From Cercozoa sp. M6MM (taxonomy: Eukaryota; Protista; Endomyxa: Ascetosporea): 64,000 nucleotides of DNA. The stretch is from the NCBI GenBank assembly GCA_040357565.1, contig JBDODJ010000050.1, one strand, 5' to 3'. Under the pieces are notes generated by a model that saw nothing but the letters and a program-made list of their open reading frames with translations, was not told the origin of the DNA and made no database searches. The translations under genes were made by a program, and so were the position numbers. Shown one piece after another: positions 40,196 through 53,478 of the stretch (positions within the stretch are counted from its first letter, which is position 1; each line of letters begins with the position of its first letter).

Positions 40196-41363
40196 ATGCA
40201 CGGGCTAGTTTTCCTTTCGGTGTTGTTCTTCTGCCTGACTTGGATACGTGCGAGCTCGGCGTCGGGTACCAGTGATCCCGCTGGCGAAGCGAAACCAGCA
40301 GTGAAGCCTGCGGCTCCTCGGCGCAAACCACGGCAACTCATTTTGGCTCCTGCCCTTAAGATCAATCAAACACCGGTACCGAAACAGTTCTTCCTTTCCA
40401 ACGCAACTGACTATTGGGCAGGGGACCGATTGATTCAAACTGAGACGTGTGCAGGGAACACCGCTGCAGAAGGTCGAAGCAGGCACCGACCTTTCGCAGT
40501 TCAAAGAATTCGAGCCAACGTTGGCTCATTTTGACCTAGACAGCTACCAGGGCAAGCTGTACTTTGGCGGTGCCTTTGAGGTACTCAAATCGCACCTATC
40601 AGTTTAAATTTACAATAGTATTTTCTGTATCTTCATGCGCATGTCTGGCTAATACTGGATGCTGAATACTGCAGGCACTGCACATGCTGCAACAAAAACA
40701 CACTCAGTTTAACAATGTGGCCGTTGTTGTGCTGACTAGTGTCACGACTAGCCAGGAAGCCGGCGATCTCGTCAGCTTGCGCAGTAAAATTTAAATATAC
40801 TATCTAAACTTAGTTTCAACACTGTGCTATATAATTTATTTATATTTTTATATACAGTCGTTAATCTGTGCGGTACTGTAGAACAAGGCGAGCACTCTCG
40901 CGACTTGTACGTCGAATGGCCCGAGTTCCGCGAGGCAGTCGATCAGTCGCGGGTGAGCAGTGTGGTGGCGCACATCAACGGCATGCTACAGCAGGGCGAC
41001 GTCATTGTTGTCTGCCGAGAGGGACGCTCGCGTGCGCCCTTTGCTGTCATGAGTTTCCTCCGAACGCACGTGTACGGCAGCAACGCCGCTGCTCGCATGA
41101 GTGGTACCCTCATAAATTACCTCAGGCTCGGTCTCAGCTTTTTTAGTTCCACTGAACTCGGTTGTGTCCCAGTTGATGAAATGAACCGACGCGCCAACCG
41201 GGCTGAGCTAGCCATCACACTCGCCTATGACTGGCTCTTCGACACCATGTTTGAAGAGGATCCAACAGTCATCGAAGATTTTGACTCATCTGCCGAAAGT
41301 AGTGCCACGCAAAACGGTTGCTCGCCGATCATGATCGGAATTGATCGATCAGGTCAAGAATAA
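40196..41363 (+). CDS. Atypical dual-specificity protein phosphatase; start uncertain
   Basis: KLYFGG N-terminal strand and the CX5R loop GDVIVVCREGRSRAPFAVMSFL. Confidence 0.7.
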
Positions 41364-41599
41364 AATTGGCCTATCCAGTTTAACCTCCGTGGGGAGCATT
41401 AACTACAGTTCTAAATCCAATAAAGCGATTAAAAGCTCCGCTTAAGTTAGTTACAAGTCTGCCATGCTGAAACAAGTCTGCTCGCGATCAACGAGTCAAT
41501 GGGAGCGAAGCATCCACACCACAGCCGTTCCTTCCATTCATCGCTGCACACTTTGTGTTTTCTTTCACTCTTGTTGCACTACCTTTACGACACTTCAAC

Positions 41600-42106
41600 A
41601 TGTCCAAGATCATCAACATCCTGCACGTCCGCGCCTCGCCGCGCGATGTGGTACCCGACCTCTCCTCTCCGTGTCGGCATGCGCGGTGGTGTGGCTGTTA
41701 TTTGCACCCTCGGCACTCTGCGTGTTTGTCCAAAGGCGCACGGCTCGGTGTCGCGCAAGCTCGGCAACGCGTTCTTTGCCAAGCTGAGTGCGCAGGCCGC
41801 CGAGAACAACACCGAGATCAACACGGTCGTCCGTGACCGTACACGACACTGTCCATCTTGTGTTCACTGAGAGTTGTGTTGTACCGTTGCAGTCGCCGAG
41901 GCCACACTGCCGCACCTCAGCCAGGAGTACGCCGAGAAGGGCTTGTAGCTTACCTCTCACCCTGTTGTATCGATATGAATCAATGCATTGGCACGATGAT
42001 TCAGTGCTTTCGCGCCGGCCATTCCCAAGTCGGGCGAACTCTCGGCGGAACTCCAGGCGGCCGACGTCGTCGTGATCGAGACGCCTGTGCACAACTTTGC
42101 CGCTCC
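41600..42106 (+). CDS. azoR: FMN-dependent NADH-azoreductase / quinone reductase (AzoR, flavodoxin-like fold), 3' end lost in gap
   Basis: Spliced over 3 introns: MSKIINILHVRASPR...SVSRKLG...VVRDL...LPHL...SGELSAELQAADVVVIETPVHNFAA. Confidence 0.85.
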
Positions 42107-42206
42107 NNNNNNNNNNNNNNNNNNNNNNNNNNNNNNNNNNNNNNNNNNNNNNNNNNNNNNNNNNNNNNNNNNNNNNNNNNNNNNNNNNNNNNNNNNNNNN
42201 NNNNNN
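42107..42206. other. Scaffold gap (100 N) followed by (CA)n
   Basis: N run seen directly. Confidence 0.99.
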
Positions 42207-42263
<57 letters not shown>

Positions 42264-43470
42264 CACACACACATGCACACTAGCAGAAGAAACAAAAGAT
42301 ACTGCGACGCATCTTGAATGAGCGGTCAATGACACTGCTCGGCGCCAGCACCGGCGGCGGCATCGGCACCGTGTAAGACAGCCGGCGCGCCTTCGTACGA
42401 AACCTCGACGTCGTCGGGCAGGTACTCCACGGCGGCTGGCGTGTGACTTGATTCACCCACCGTCATGGTCTCGAATTCAGGTTCTGACTCGCTGACAGGC
42501 CAAAACGTTGTGATGACTACACAGCAGAACACGGTTTCTTGAGTCGAAAGCAAGTGATGCGAAAAACACAACGCACCATCATCCAACATCAGGCGGACGC
42601 TTTCGCACAGATCCGCAAACATGGCTGTGCAAGTGGAAACCACAGTAAAACACTGCAGCAACAACAAACTCGACCAAAACAGCAAACTCAAAAGCGAAAA
42701 AGAAAAACTCGCGACAAAACGCGACCGTGCCGTTCGACGCTCTGGCCGGTCTGGCAGGCTTCTGTGTACCTTTGTGATGCGCGTGGTGATTCTCTCAACG
42801 CGTTCTAACGTATGTGGTAAAAACAACAAGGAAAGCATCCGCAGATCCGCTTGACCTTGGGTCACTTCGCAACAGTGGAAACCGAGGCAAGGCCACAAAG
42901 TGACCCGATCGCGTCCGTAATAAAAACCGCCGACACCATCTGGGATGCAGGAGATACATCGCTCCAGTTTTATATATGTATTCAATGCAATAGAGCTAGT
43001 GGAGTCTCTAAGTACTCATGTTGTGCCATTTATTTTAGTACATTTCTGCCGAGTCTTTTTTGCCGAGTCTTGAGGTGTTTACTGTGGATCGAATTGAACT
43101 GACGGCACTAATCAAGCGAGCTACTGACGGCTTCTTAAGGCTGAACGTCTGGACACTTAGGGGGTAGGAAGGGGTTAAACAGACACAGGGGGAGTGTAAA
43201 GAGGTCAAAAGGTAGGGGGTAAAAGTGTGGGTCGAGTTCTCTGTTCGGTGGCCATTCGCTGGATCATCTCGTTCCACTGGCAGTTTGATTAATCAGAGAC
43301 TGTTTTCCGTTCTGTTCCGTTCCGATCGAGTCTGACGGTCTGCAAACCGTAACGTATTTTCTTAAATCCACCAGCGGACAGTCAAAACAAACTTTGGTGT
43401 CAGTAAATTTATTCACTGTCGAGTTTTCTGGCACATCCTGTGGCCTAATTTCTCGGCACTATCCCGGAAA

Positions 43471-45671
43471 ATGGAAGATGCAAACCAAACTCTCTCACAA
43501 GCGGTGTTTGCACACGTCAGAAAGCACCCCAGATGGCAAGAACTGATGAACTCGCTCTTTCTGGACTGGAAAGCAGAGCGAACCAGAAGTATCCAAACTG
43601 GCAAACAAAGCGGTCACCTAGATATCGAAAGCGACGGCTTGCACGGCGATGACGTGAGGAAGCTATTGTTTCGAAAGTTGTCGTCAATGCCTCCATCCCC
43701 TAATCACGAGAACGAAAAGATTGATGAGGTGTGTTGCAATACAATTCCACCGCACGAATGCGAAAAACGTTGCTTTTGCGTGTAGCACAACCGAAATGCC
43801 TTGGAACTGCGACGAATACTGTCTTCTATTTTTGCCGAAGCCTCTCGAGAAGTGGTTGCACTCAAACTGAAGGCGGATGCCCTGGTACTCGACAAGGCAG
43901 CAAGCTTTGGACGCAAGATACCGTGTATGCTGATGCAAGCGGCAGTGGAGTCGCAGGTGAAGGCGCAGGACAGCTTCTGGGACGAGTTCGAGCACCGAGA
44001 AAGGTCGAAACGAATCGTACTTGAAGAGCAAAACTCTTCAGACCGAGTGAGGCAAAATGTTGACGATGCATTGTTGCACGCCTTGCCTCTGCCTCGCATG
44101 GAGTTCCGTCGCCTAGTTGGCGTGCGTTTCGACCCGCCTCGCATGAGTTTCAGCACGCTGCGCGGTGTGTGGCGCCTGCAGCTCAGCACTCCGTTCGCAC
44201 AGCGCCTGCACATGCAGTGGCGGCAAAACGCACTCGCTCTGTCGCAAACGATAGCGCGCCTTTCGCTCAAGCACTCGGAACTGGCCCTGGGAGCACTGGA
44301 CACGTGGCTCGGACAGCAACATCTCTTTGAAACGGCAAAGGAAAGTCGCGGTACCAATCGAACCCAGGCCAACGTCGACACCATGGTGTACACGCTCGAA
44401 GAAAAGGTAATCGGCCGCCAAGTGATGTGAAAACTAATTATTCAACTAAAGACTGTCATGTTTAGTGCTTTCGAGACATCGATGTGCGCGTGGAGTTGAA
44501 TGACTCACTTCCGCGCCTGCTTGCTGCTGTAGCACACACTTTCAACATCGTACTGTAGACGGATAAATAGGACCAGGCGCTGTAAGTTCACTGCTTTGAT
44601 CAGATCCACGCACTGGACGGCGGCGGTGCAGAGTTGCATGCGAACCTGCTGCCCGACTTGACGTGCGTTCTGTTGTGCGTGCTGCACGAGTGCACGCGAA
44701 CAGCGCGACCGGCAAGCGATGCGCTCAAGGTCGAATTCGTCGCGACCGTTGCGTTTCTGCAGCGACTGCGGGGTCTCGTCGATGCAGTGCAGCGACTGCA
44801 GGAAGCAGCGTCACCCGAGAGTGAGTTTGATCGGGCATTGTGCCAACTGGACAGTGCAGAAACTGACGTGATTCGAACCATGCTACGAGGTGCCTTTCTG
44901 CGAACACCTGCCGCCAGTAACAACAACAACAACAGGTGGACAACGGCGAGTTTCCGCACACTCTTGCACGTGTGGTCCTGGCTGTTCTGCGCCGACTTTG
45001 ACGCACGCTTTGCGTGTCTGTTGGCTGCACTGCTCGCCCGTATTCCACTCGGCCCGAGTTCGAGGTCCGGCAGCAGCGACACTGCGCTCGACGAGACGGG
45101 CGACGACGAAGTGGATCGCTTGCGAAACGCCATGCTGCGGCACATGGCGCAGTTCGCGCACTTCCGGCCCTGGATTGAGTCTCTTCTCACACACCCCATT
45201 GTCGATATCGATGCCATACTCGAGCAGCAGCAGCTACAGCAGCAGCAGCAACGAGAACGAGAACAAAGACTACGGCATCCGCTTAAGCGGGAACAACAGC
45301 CAAAGCTGAAACAAGCATCGCGTTCGCAAAGTTCGACTCATGCTTCGACGACAACGGAATCGATGTCGAAAAGCTCAACTGAAAAAGAGAAAGAACTGCA
45401 AGAAGAAAAAGAAGAAGAAGAACAAAAGCAAGCCGAAGAATTGAGTGCCGAAAGAAGGCCAACGGTCCCGTCGAACGAACTGGAGGCAAGGATCGGCGAA
45501 CGCGAACCATCTGAGTTGGTCAACATTGAGACGGCAGCCGCAGAGAGCGATGTGACGGCAGCTTCGACTGCAGTGAAAAAGAAACGCGTTGCTAGAGGAC
45601 GTGCTCGTGGACGTGCGCGCGGTCGGAGTAGAGGCAGAGGCAGAAGCAGAGGCAGAGGCAAAGTCCATTGA
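43471..45671 (+). CDS. Orphan protein with C-terminal RG/GR repeats
   Basis: Long exons joined by GT-AG introns; ends KKKRVARGRARGRARGRSRGRGRSRGRGKVH*. Confidence 0.55.
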
Positions 45672-45758
45672 AACTTGTCTCTCCTCTGTCTTACTGAGAG
45701 TACTAGTTACAGTTCTAATCAATGGTCAGACACGATACTCAGTCATCATCGACTTCAG

Positions 45759-47408
45759 TTATTCAGCTTCTTCGGCTTCGGTAGTTTTCTCTCCATGCAA
45801 AGGAGCCGGCTGAGGCTCTGTGGCCGCGATGGTGTGTTCGCTCACGAGAGGTTTATAGGGTGGTGCCAGAGGCACTTCTTCTGCTGTTTCTTTGACCTCT
45901 CTCGCCGATCCGTGCTTCTCCACGGTTGTGACAGTGCTGGTTCCTCCTTGTTCCTCAACCACAGAGGGCCACGAGACAGATATCGGGTGGAAGAAGATGC
46001 CGCCCTTCTTGGCACCTCCTTCACTCGCAGCTGGTGCCTCTTCGGTCTTGGCAGCACCGCCTTCACTGGTAGGCGTACTGGCCGCAGTTGCTGACTTCTC
46101 GGGACAAGACCCGGTGACTTTTTGCCAGACAGTGCACTGAGGGGGGGGGGGGATTCAAAAACATGAATCAAGGGGTCTAACCAAAGTGCCTCTGATTACC
46201 TCACCCGCACCGGCAGTTTCTTCAGTCTTTGCGGCGGTTGGATGGCGCTTGCTTTTAGAAAGTGGAGCCATGACAAGGTTCGTGCATCTGCCTTCGTGCG
46301 AGTGCTCCACTTCAAGGTGAGGAATTGAGATCAAGAGGTCCGAATTCAGTTCGCGGCCGTTGCTCATAAGAATCTCTTGCAATTCGCTAACTTTCATGTT
46401 GACGTTTCCTTCGGCCATGCGTTCCTGCGCCAGCACTGCCTGATTGCTGGTTCCTGGTAGTCTGCACAGGCAAGCACTTGATTAACCTCACTGGGAACTG
46501 AAAGAACCGCGACCCACTTACTGAAAGAAGACGCCCTGCAGGGGGTTCAGCTCGTTCATGAAGGCTGCGAACTCTGCTGGCATGGTTGGTCCACTCGGGT
46601 CACGCACGACCATGGTTCTCGTGTTGGACAGGCAGGGGGCACTCTGTACGCTCGATTCTCTGGGGAAGCAACGCCAGGTGTATAACAAATTGGCAGTCTC
46701 GGTTGAACCAGGAAACTCACATGTCAGGAGAGGTCGCACTGTGCGGAACTTCGTCAAAGCCCGTCAGAACGAGATGGTTGTTGTCATGAGTAGCCCACAT
46801 CAGCTTGCAGCCAGTGTGCAAATCGACGAAACCTTGGGACGGGTTGTTGAGGGTGCACGCGAGGATTGCGAAAGGTTGTTGTTCTGTCGGGACTCCCTGT
46901 CATAAAAATAACAAGTAGCCCCCAAGTTAGTTCGCAATGATAATCTGGATAAGACTGAACTGTGTGATACATGAAAGGTCGAGAGCGCATAGCCAGCGAC
47001 AATGTTTTTCACTCGTAGAGGGTAAACCACGTTTTTTGGGGCAGGACAGGTCAGCAGTGGTAGGTCGTCGCTCGTTACGACGCCAGAGATCAACACAATG
47101 TTCCTACACATCAGAAGTAGCAAGTGTGTTGTTTTGACTAGTGTCACGCATCGCACGATACCGTCCGACGTTGAGTCGATACAAGGCAGTCGTCGGGACG
47201 GTCTGTCGAAGGCGAATAACCCCTCCGCCGTGGACGGTGTTGTCAGTCACCAGGCCAAGGTCTTCGCTCGACACTTCTTTTACACCACATGAAGTTCGAC
47301 AACCTGGCAGTATTGTGAAATTTATAATTTACTGGGAGGAACTTCTTCAGCGCCGATCAGACTGACAGCGACGGCTGCAACCACCGCCAAACTCGCTAGC
47401 ACATGCAT
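45759..47408 (-). CDS. Orphan secreted protein with low-complexity E/T/P tail
   Basis: MHVLASLAVVAAVAVSLIGAEE is signal-like; multiple short exons; ends EKTTEAEEAE*. Confidence 0.45.
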
Positions 47409-47755
47409 CGTGCAACCTGCTGTACGATCTTTTCGTCCTCCTCTTGCACTATGCGGAATCTAGTCACAAAAACTTGTCTCTCGCCAAATCCACTGCGACA
47501 TCGAAAGACCGAAGCAACCTGCTCCGCGCCACTTCAGTTTTTTCCGAGTGTGAAATTTTTATTTTACTGGGGAGAACTCAAACTTAACTCGACGCTGGAA
47601 ACCTAGGCCTGGTTCAGTTGAGAAACTGACAGCATACTGTACAGTAGCGACTGTATGGCTTTTAACTACGACAGAAAGAGACACTCTCAGCGGATAGCAT
47701 TCTGTAGTTCGAGAAGCTGCGAAATGCGATATCGATGTCGACTTGTGAGTTGCTG

Positions 47756-49309
47756 TCATGTCAGGTCAATTGTTACAAAAGAAACAAGCGAGGAAGTGGC
47801 GTTATAATTCTGTTTAAAACATACCGATACGAAAGGAAGGTCCACAAAACCCACTCGCCTTGTTGTCGCTTTTTCTTGGATACACACCGGACAGCAAGAA
47901 CGCGTTTGGCACTTACGGCAGATCACGTGGCCTCGATCGATGCAAGCAACGCCGTCCTCGACTAGCCGCAGGCACACCAGACATGATAGATTGACGCGAG
48001 TTGCTTCCTCGACAGCGAAGACGCGCTGAAGGATCTGGCGACATGCGTTTCGTCGTAACTCTTGCTTTGTCGCAACGGTTTGCACGGCTTGATGCTTGGG
48101 TCGAGAAAAACACCTACTCTGGAGTGAGGCCGGCATCTCTTTAAACCCCGCCTCCCGCGGTGTTGAGCGGAGTAACTCGATAGCATCAAGAGCTACTTCT
48201 AGGTCCTGCTCGACACTGGCGGCGTGCGTTTTCATCTCTCGGACACGCAGATCGGCGCTTTCAACTTGCCTTCTGGCACACGTCAGTGCAGCTTCACGAG
48301 CGACAGAAGTACGCAGCTCTGTGTGCAATTTCTGCATTGCATCTGTCGCCCGGGTTTTGTGCTTGCGCGCTGCATCCTTTGTGCGCGATAGCTTCTCTCG
48401 CAGTTCGAGGTATGAAGCTGTGAGTCGAGAAAGTTCTTCCTCGGTTTTGAGAGAGCACCGTTTCATGGTGTCGATAACAGCAGACTCTGCTTTGATCTTT
48501 AGTATTTCTTGCGAAGCAAGCTCAATCTCGCGTTTTTTCGAGTGGAACGCCTTCAACAATGTCTGCGTCTGCAGCTCCCTGTTGTTGCACCGCACCTGTT
48601 CGTGCTCCAGAAGGTTTCCCTTTTTGTTGCTCTCGACCTGCAGTCGCGCGAGCTTGACTCTGAGCCTGTTAATTTCGTTTGCTTGCGCCTCGATGCGTAG
48701 GCAACTGTCCATCCGTCGTGCTGTTTCTTGTTCGAGATGCTGTTGGAGGGTTTGAAGAGCGGCACGGACTTCGTCGTGCAACTTTTTTTCTTTGTGGTAG
48801 CGCTGGTTCGCGAAGTTTAACTTTAAGGTGAGTTGCTGTCGACTCAATTTAACCTTGTGAATATCCACTCTGTATCCATCCATTGCCTCGATGTTCGCGC
48901 AGAGTCGATTCCACTGCAAATCAGGAACTTAGCATTTTGATTCTACTTTCTTCAGTTATTCCACAAGCAACAGTAAATACCCTACCATTGATTTTGTCTG
49001 CTGCTCGTACTCAGTGGATTCCCGCTTCAACACGTCCATTTGACCTTCCATGCTGTGAATCAGTCGCTGCTGTTTTTTCACGAGCACCTCGCTTTGATTC
49101 AGCTTCGTCTTGACCGCCTCGAGTTGCGTCTTCAGCTTCCGTTGCGTCTCCAACTCGTCCATGCGAAATTGCTGAAGTGCGGCCTTTGTTTTTCGCAGCT
49201 CAAGCTGCATTGCGACCAGCTCATCGCTTTGTCTGGTTGATGGTGCTTCTCCTGCGTGTTCCTGACTCGCTTCCTCGCCAATGCAGCCCTTGGCTTCCGG
49301 TTTGCCCAT
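47756..49309 (-). CDS. Coiled-coil protein with C-terminal degenerate RING finger
   Basis: Long heptad region followed by CLVC...CIDRGHVICRKC...CPVC. Confidence 0.6.
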
Positions 49310-49482
49310 GGATACTCACACCTAAACCGCAAGGTACTGCAAATCCCTGCTGCACCTTTGTCGACTCAATTGAACTCGTTGGATGCGCGCGGAAGAAAGG
49401 TAAATTGCGGCTTTACGGTGACTCGTGAAGATTGATTGCGGCAGTAAACTTAAATACCAAGGATAGTACTTAGGAGTCACTA

Positions 49483-50061
49483 TTAGTACAGATGAGGATC
49501 CGACATGCGAAGTAGAATACTGAGCGTTGATGTGTACACACCGAGTCGTAGTACGTATGCTGCGATTTCACACCCGAGGAGAGTTGGTTTCTTTTCAAAG
49601 AAGCTGTCGACGTTCGGCCTGTAAACATTGACGAAGCTCCAGTACCGCATCGTCGCGGTGATGATCAGCAAGACACCGTGTGCAATCCACGTTAGCAGAA
49701 AGACTCGCGTTAGCCTCCATACTCGGGCCAGCTGTCCGAAAGCAAACATCTGGGTGTTCCACACGAACAACCACACCAGTGGGAAAAGCAGCGCGTGGGC
49801 AATACAGCGAAACCTGCTCGCATAATCCCACATCTCGAAACAAGTTATCATCGCTGTCGTGAGGTGAGGTCTTTGGTACCCAAAGATGAAGCTAAAAGCA
49901 GTGTATGACGTCTCGTGCAATGCAATCACGCCAAGAATCACATCAAGCAGTACGATGAAGCAAGCAAAGGCGAAGGAGAAAGTGAAAGTCTCTGTCGAAG
50001 GACGATGAGCAACCCTTGCGCCACCGAGCTTGGCCGCGATGAAATGATTCGGCCGCAACAT
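49483..50061 (-). CDS. Orphan ~4-TM membrane protein, apparently intronless
   Basis: Single ORF with four hydrophobic segments. Confidence 0.5.
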   Translation of the reverse strand: MLRPNHFIAAKLGGARVAHRPSTETFTFSFAFACFIVLLDVILGVIALHETSYTAFSFIFGYQRPHLTTAMITCFEMWDYASRFRCIAHALLFPLVWLFVWNTQMFAFGQLARVWRLTRVFLLTWIAHGVLLIITATMRYWSFVNVYRPNVDSFFEKKPTLLGCEIAAYVLRLGVYTSTLSILLRMSDPHLY

Positions 50062-50239
50062 GGTTTGGCAGACCTCGGCGCCGAAGGAGTTCACCCCGTG
50101 TGCCAAAAGGCATGACACTAAATTTACCCCAGTTTTTTTCTCGTCCGCGAGGAAGTTCAATCGATACTGGGCAATAAAGGAAAATCCCTTTTTAAAGGAA
50201 GACTTTGCATTGTGTCGCCATTAAGGCCACATTGTTTCT

Positions 50240-52092
50240 ATGGACCGGCCTGAATTTGAAGTAACGCAGCTTTGCAGTCGCATCGGCGACATCGAGCACC
50301 TCGAGCAAATTGGCACGCGAAGTTTCTTTCATGGAAGCAATGCCATCATGAAGCTCACCGCTCAAGCGCTGATCGAGGCACGAGAGCGCTCAAGCGAAAA
50401 GCTCGTTTTAGACGAAATTTGCGCTCACTCGTCGCTGATCAATATGCTACTCCGGCGTACAATCGCGGTTGACTTGTGGCTTTCGCGAGTACGCAGTGCA
50501 CTCAAACATAAAGTGGGTCCGATGGGTGCCTTGAAGGTAATTTACATAGCTTTGAATCTCTGTCCCTCAATCAGTAGATCCGAATATGGGTCCCCATAGG
50601 CGCAACATGTATCACTCCACATGTGCCACCTGCTCGACCTCCTCAGCAAAGTGCTTCCGTACAGCGATGCAATGCAACAGGCGGATCCTGCGTTGCTGGT
50701 CTCGCTTGTTGATGTCTGTCACTCTCGAATTCTCACAGTTTTGCGCGACGGTGCCAGGTACTCGCTGAGCAACTTTTTAAGTTAAAACAGCAAACACCTG
50801 TGACGCTTGATCTGCACAGCAATGACGCTTCGGTCTCACAAATGCACAAGCAACTGCTTCACAAACGAGAAACCGAGTTGGCGCGGCAGAAGGATGTGAC
50901 GAAGTACATTCAAATGACTCTGTCAGCAAACGAAGCAAGTGGAGTTCGCGACGGCGAATACATCTTCGCGTGTGCTGCTTTCAGTCTGTCTCTGCTGCGC
51001 GTGTTTGTGGCACGAGCCACTGGACCACGTTCTGACGGCGATCTTCACGTCTCAGTGGTTCGACGCATCGCCGAAAGGGACTTCTCGTCGCCGATTGCAG
51101 AACTGATCGATCAGACAGCTTTCACAGTACACTTGCCTGAAGGCGACGTGTTGCAGTATCAAGGAAGCACCGAATGGCACCCCGTGTCTGCGGAGAATGC
51201 GCCGTTGTTGACGCAGTTCACTGGACAATGCTGGTACCTGCTGCACCAACTTATCCTGTCGCGAGAGTTCGCTTCGCGCACGAAACTGACCGAGTCAAAA
51301 GCGCGTCGCATCGGAAGCACCATTCGAGACTCTTTGTCAAAAGAAGTGATGCAGCAGATGCCAATGCTGGAAAACCTGAGTCGCTTTGAATCGCACCTGC
51401 GAATCGTGAGCTACGACCCCAACTCGCTTGAGTCGCTCCACCTGAGAGCGCAAGGCGACACCAAAGCAGAGCGTGCTCGTCACGCTTCATACTCTGCAGT
51501 TCTCATCGAGGTAGAATTTCCTGCTGTCAGAAGTGTCCAGAATAAATAAGGACGTCTTTTGAGATGGCGTATGTTTTAACAGGAGGTCTCCGAGTACCGC
51601 GAGACACTGCTGCGAGAAGCCGGCGATCTCGATGAGTTTGTGCGACAGTTGCTTTCCGAGAGGGGTGAGTTTAGCGAAAACCTTCGCGAACGACAGCAGG
51701 ACATGGCTGTGATTACTGACGCGTACGACTCTTTCGGTACCGAGCTGCACGAGCAAGTGCGGAAGGCCAATTGCTGCGCCCAATGCAACGTCGTGGCGAA
51801 GAATCGCTGCTCTCGCTGCAAGCAAGTGTGGTACTGCAGCCGTACCTGCCAACGCAATCACTGGACGTTGCACAAACAAGACTGTCGTTCCTTCTCTTTG
51901 AACGCTGTTGCAGCAAGTAAAGGCGACAACACGACCTCTACTGGAAGCTGCGGAAGCAGTGCTAAAATCCTCGAGATTGACGGCTCGCTCAATCCTTTCC
52001 GAATCATTGACGACAAACAGCCCAGAAATTCGACGGCGAGGGACACGCAAGGTGAAGAAAAGTCGTCTATTCTAATTCAAGAACTCGATTGA
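50240..52092 (+). CDS. ZMYND10: Zinc finger MYND domain protein 10 (dynein arm preassembly factor)
   Basis: N-terminal LEQIGT...KLTAQA...IAVDLW resembles ZMYND10, GQCWYLLHQL, and MYND finger CAQC...RCSRCKQVWYCSRTCQRNHW..HKQDC. Confidence 0.82.
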
Positions 52093-53478
52093 ACGTTTAT
52101 TAGGAAACCCGAACTCTTTAGAGCAGCCGACTCAGTTTATTTTTTGCTCGGCCAGAACTGAAACCTGGGCCGCGAACTGGACAAAACTGAAACCGCGAAA
52201 ATACGAACTTTCTGCTAAACAAAACGACTCGTTGCAGTCCCTCAAATAGCTTTTTGGGCATATATTCACTTTCTCCTAGCTAAATGCTGCTCCGTTTCAC
52301 CTCTCTGCGGCGAGCCAGGCGACTTTCCTCGCAGTGTCGCCTGCTGTCAACGGTCCCCCCTTTTTTCGCCAAAGTAAATTTAAAAATATCTATGAATGTC
52401 CCAATTTTTGCAGTCTCGGCCCGGGCTCGCTCACCCAGAACACGACACCCGGAACTTTGAAGGCTTTTCACGTACACTACCTATATTTTAGGTTATGTTG
52501 CTCACAGTACAATTTAGCTTTGTACGGCAGTCAAAGAGTTTGGACGGTATGCTGTCAAGCTGGCCGACAATGCAGAAGTCGACAAATTGGACAAAGGTGT
52601 TGTATTCACAGTGAAGCAGTGAAATCATGCTTTAACTTCGATGAAGTTTCCTTTCTTGTTGTAGCTTTCGCCCGTTTTCCAAAGCTGTGTGAAGATCGAT
52701 CCCAAGAGATACCCGAGGTATTCCTTCTGCTTCTGACAAGTAAATTTAGTGAAAGCAACCTCACTCGCCCTCCTCACAGGCCGAAGATTTTGAGACAGTT
52801 TTTGAACACCTCCAAAAACACAAAAAAACTGACGAGAGTATTCAATGGGTGAATTGTTTGAAACTCGCCTCGCCTTCAGTTCAGCAAAGAGTGAGCCCCC
52901 GACTTTTGCTTTCCGAACGTTTTTTTTCTTGTGCTGCTGTATGTAGGAGGTATCTTGACATGTAGATCGACCTGGACCAAAAGCGAATTTACACTCGTGT
53001 CGCACGAAAATGCTATGGCAATCTTGTTTCACACACTTTGGAGGTACGAGGAAATGTATAACTTTGATTGTGGAAGTATTTTCCTCGATCCTTTTTATTG
53101 TTCAGACAGGAGGGACAAGCAAAACATGCCGCATGCTCGTGAAACAGCTGGTTGATATACGTTGATGTGTTCCATATCAATGAAACGACCGAACTACCCG
53201 TGTGTTACTCCAGGGAGAACTCTGCGACAGTTTAGAGGCTCAAGGCGAACCTTGCACGACAGTGATAGTGACAATTGCGTACATGGAAGCACTTTCGTAC
53301 CTTAAACTTAGATTGTAAGATACGTGTGTGGGGGGAGGGGGGAGATGTAAATGTACTTCTACCTTCGTTCAGCAAGCTACTTCAGACCGAAATGTACTAC
53401 GAAGGGTTCACCGACCTGTTCCGACAATTCGTATGATGCTTTACCTTTCCCATAACAGATCTATCCTCTTCGATAAGA

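Noticed and set aside
42326-42985. 219-aa minus-strand ORF as a single CDS or as the AzoR 3' end
   Set aside because: Opposite strand to azoR with no AzoR motifs; it appears to mix intron and exon sequence of an unresolved gene next to the gap.
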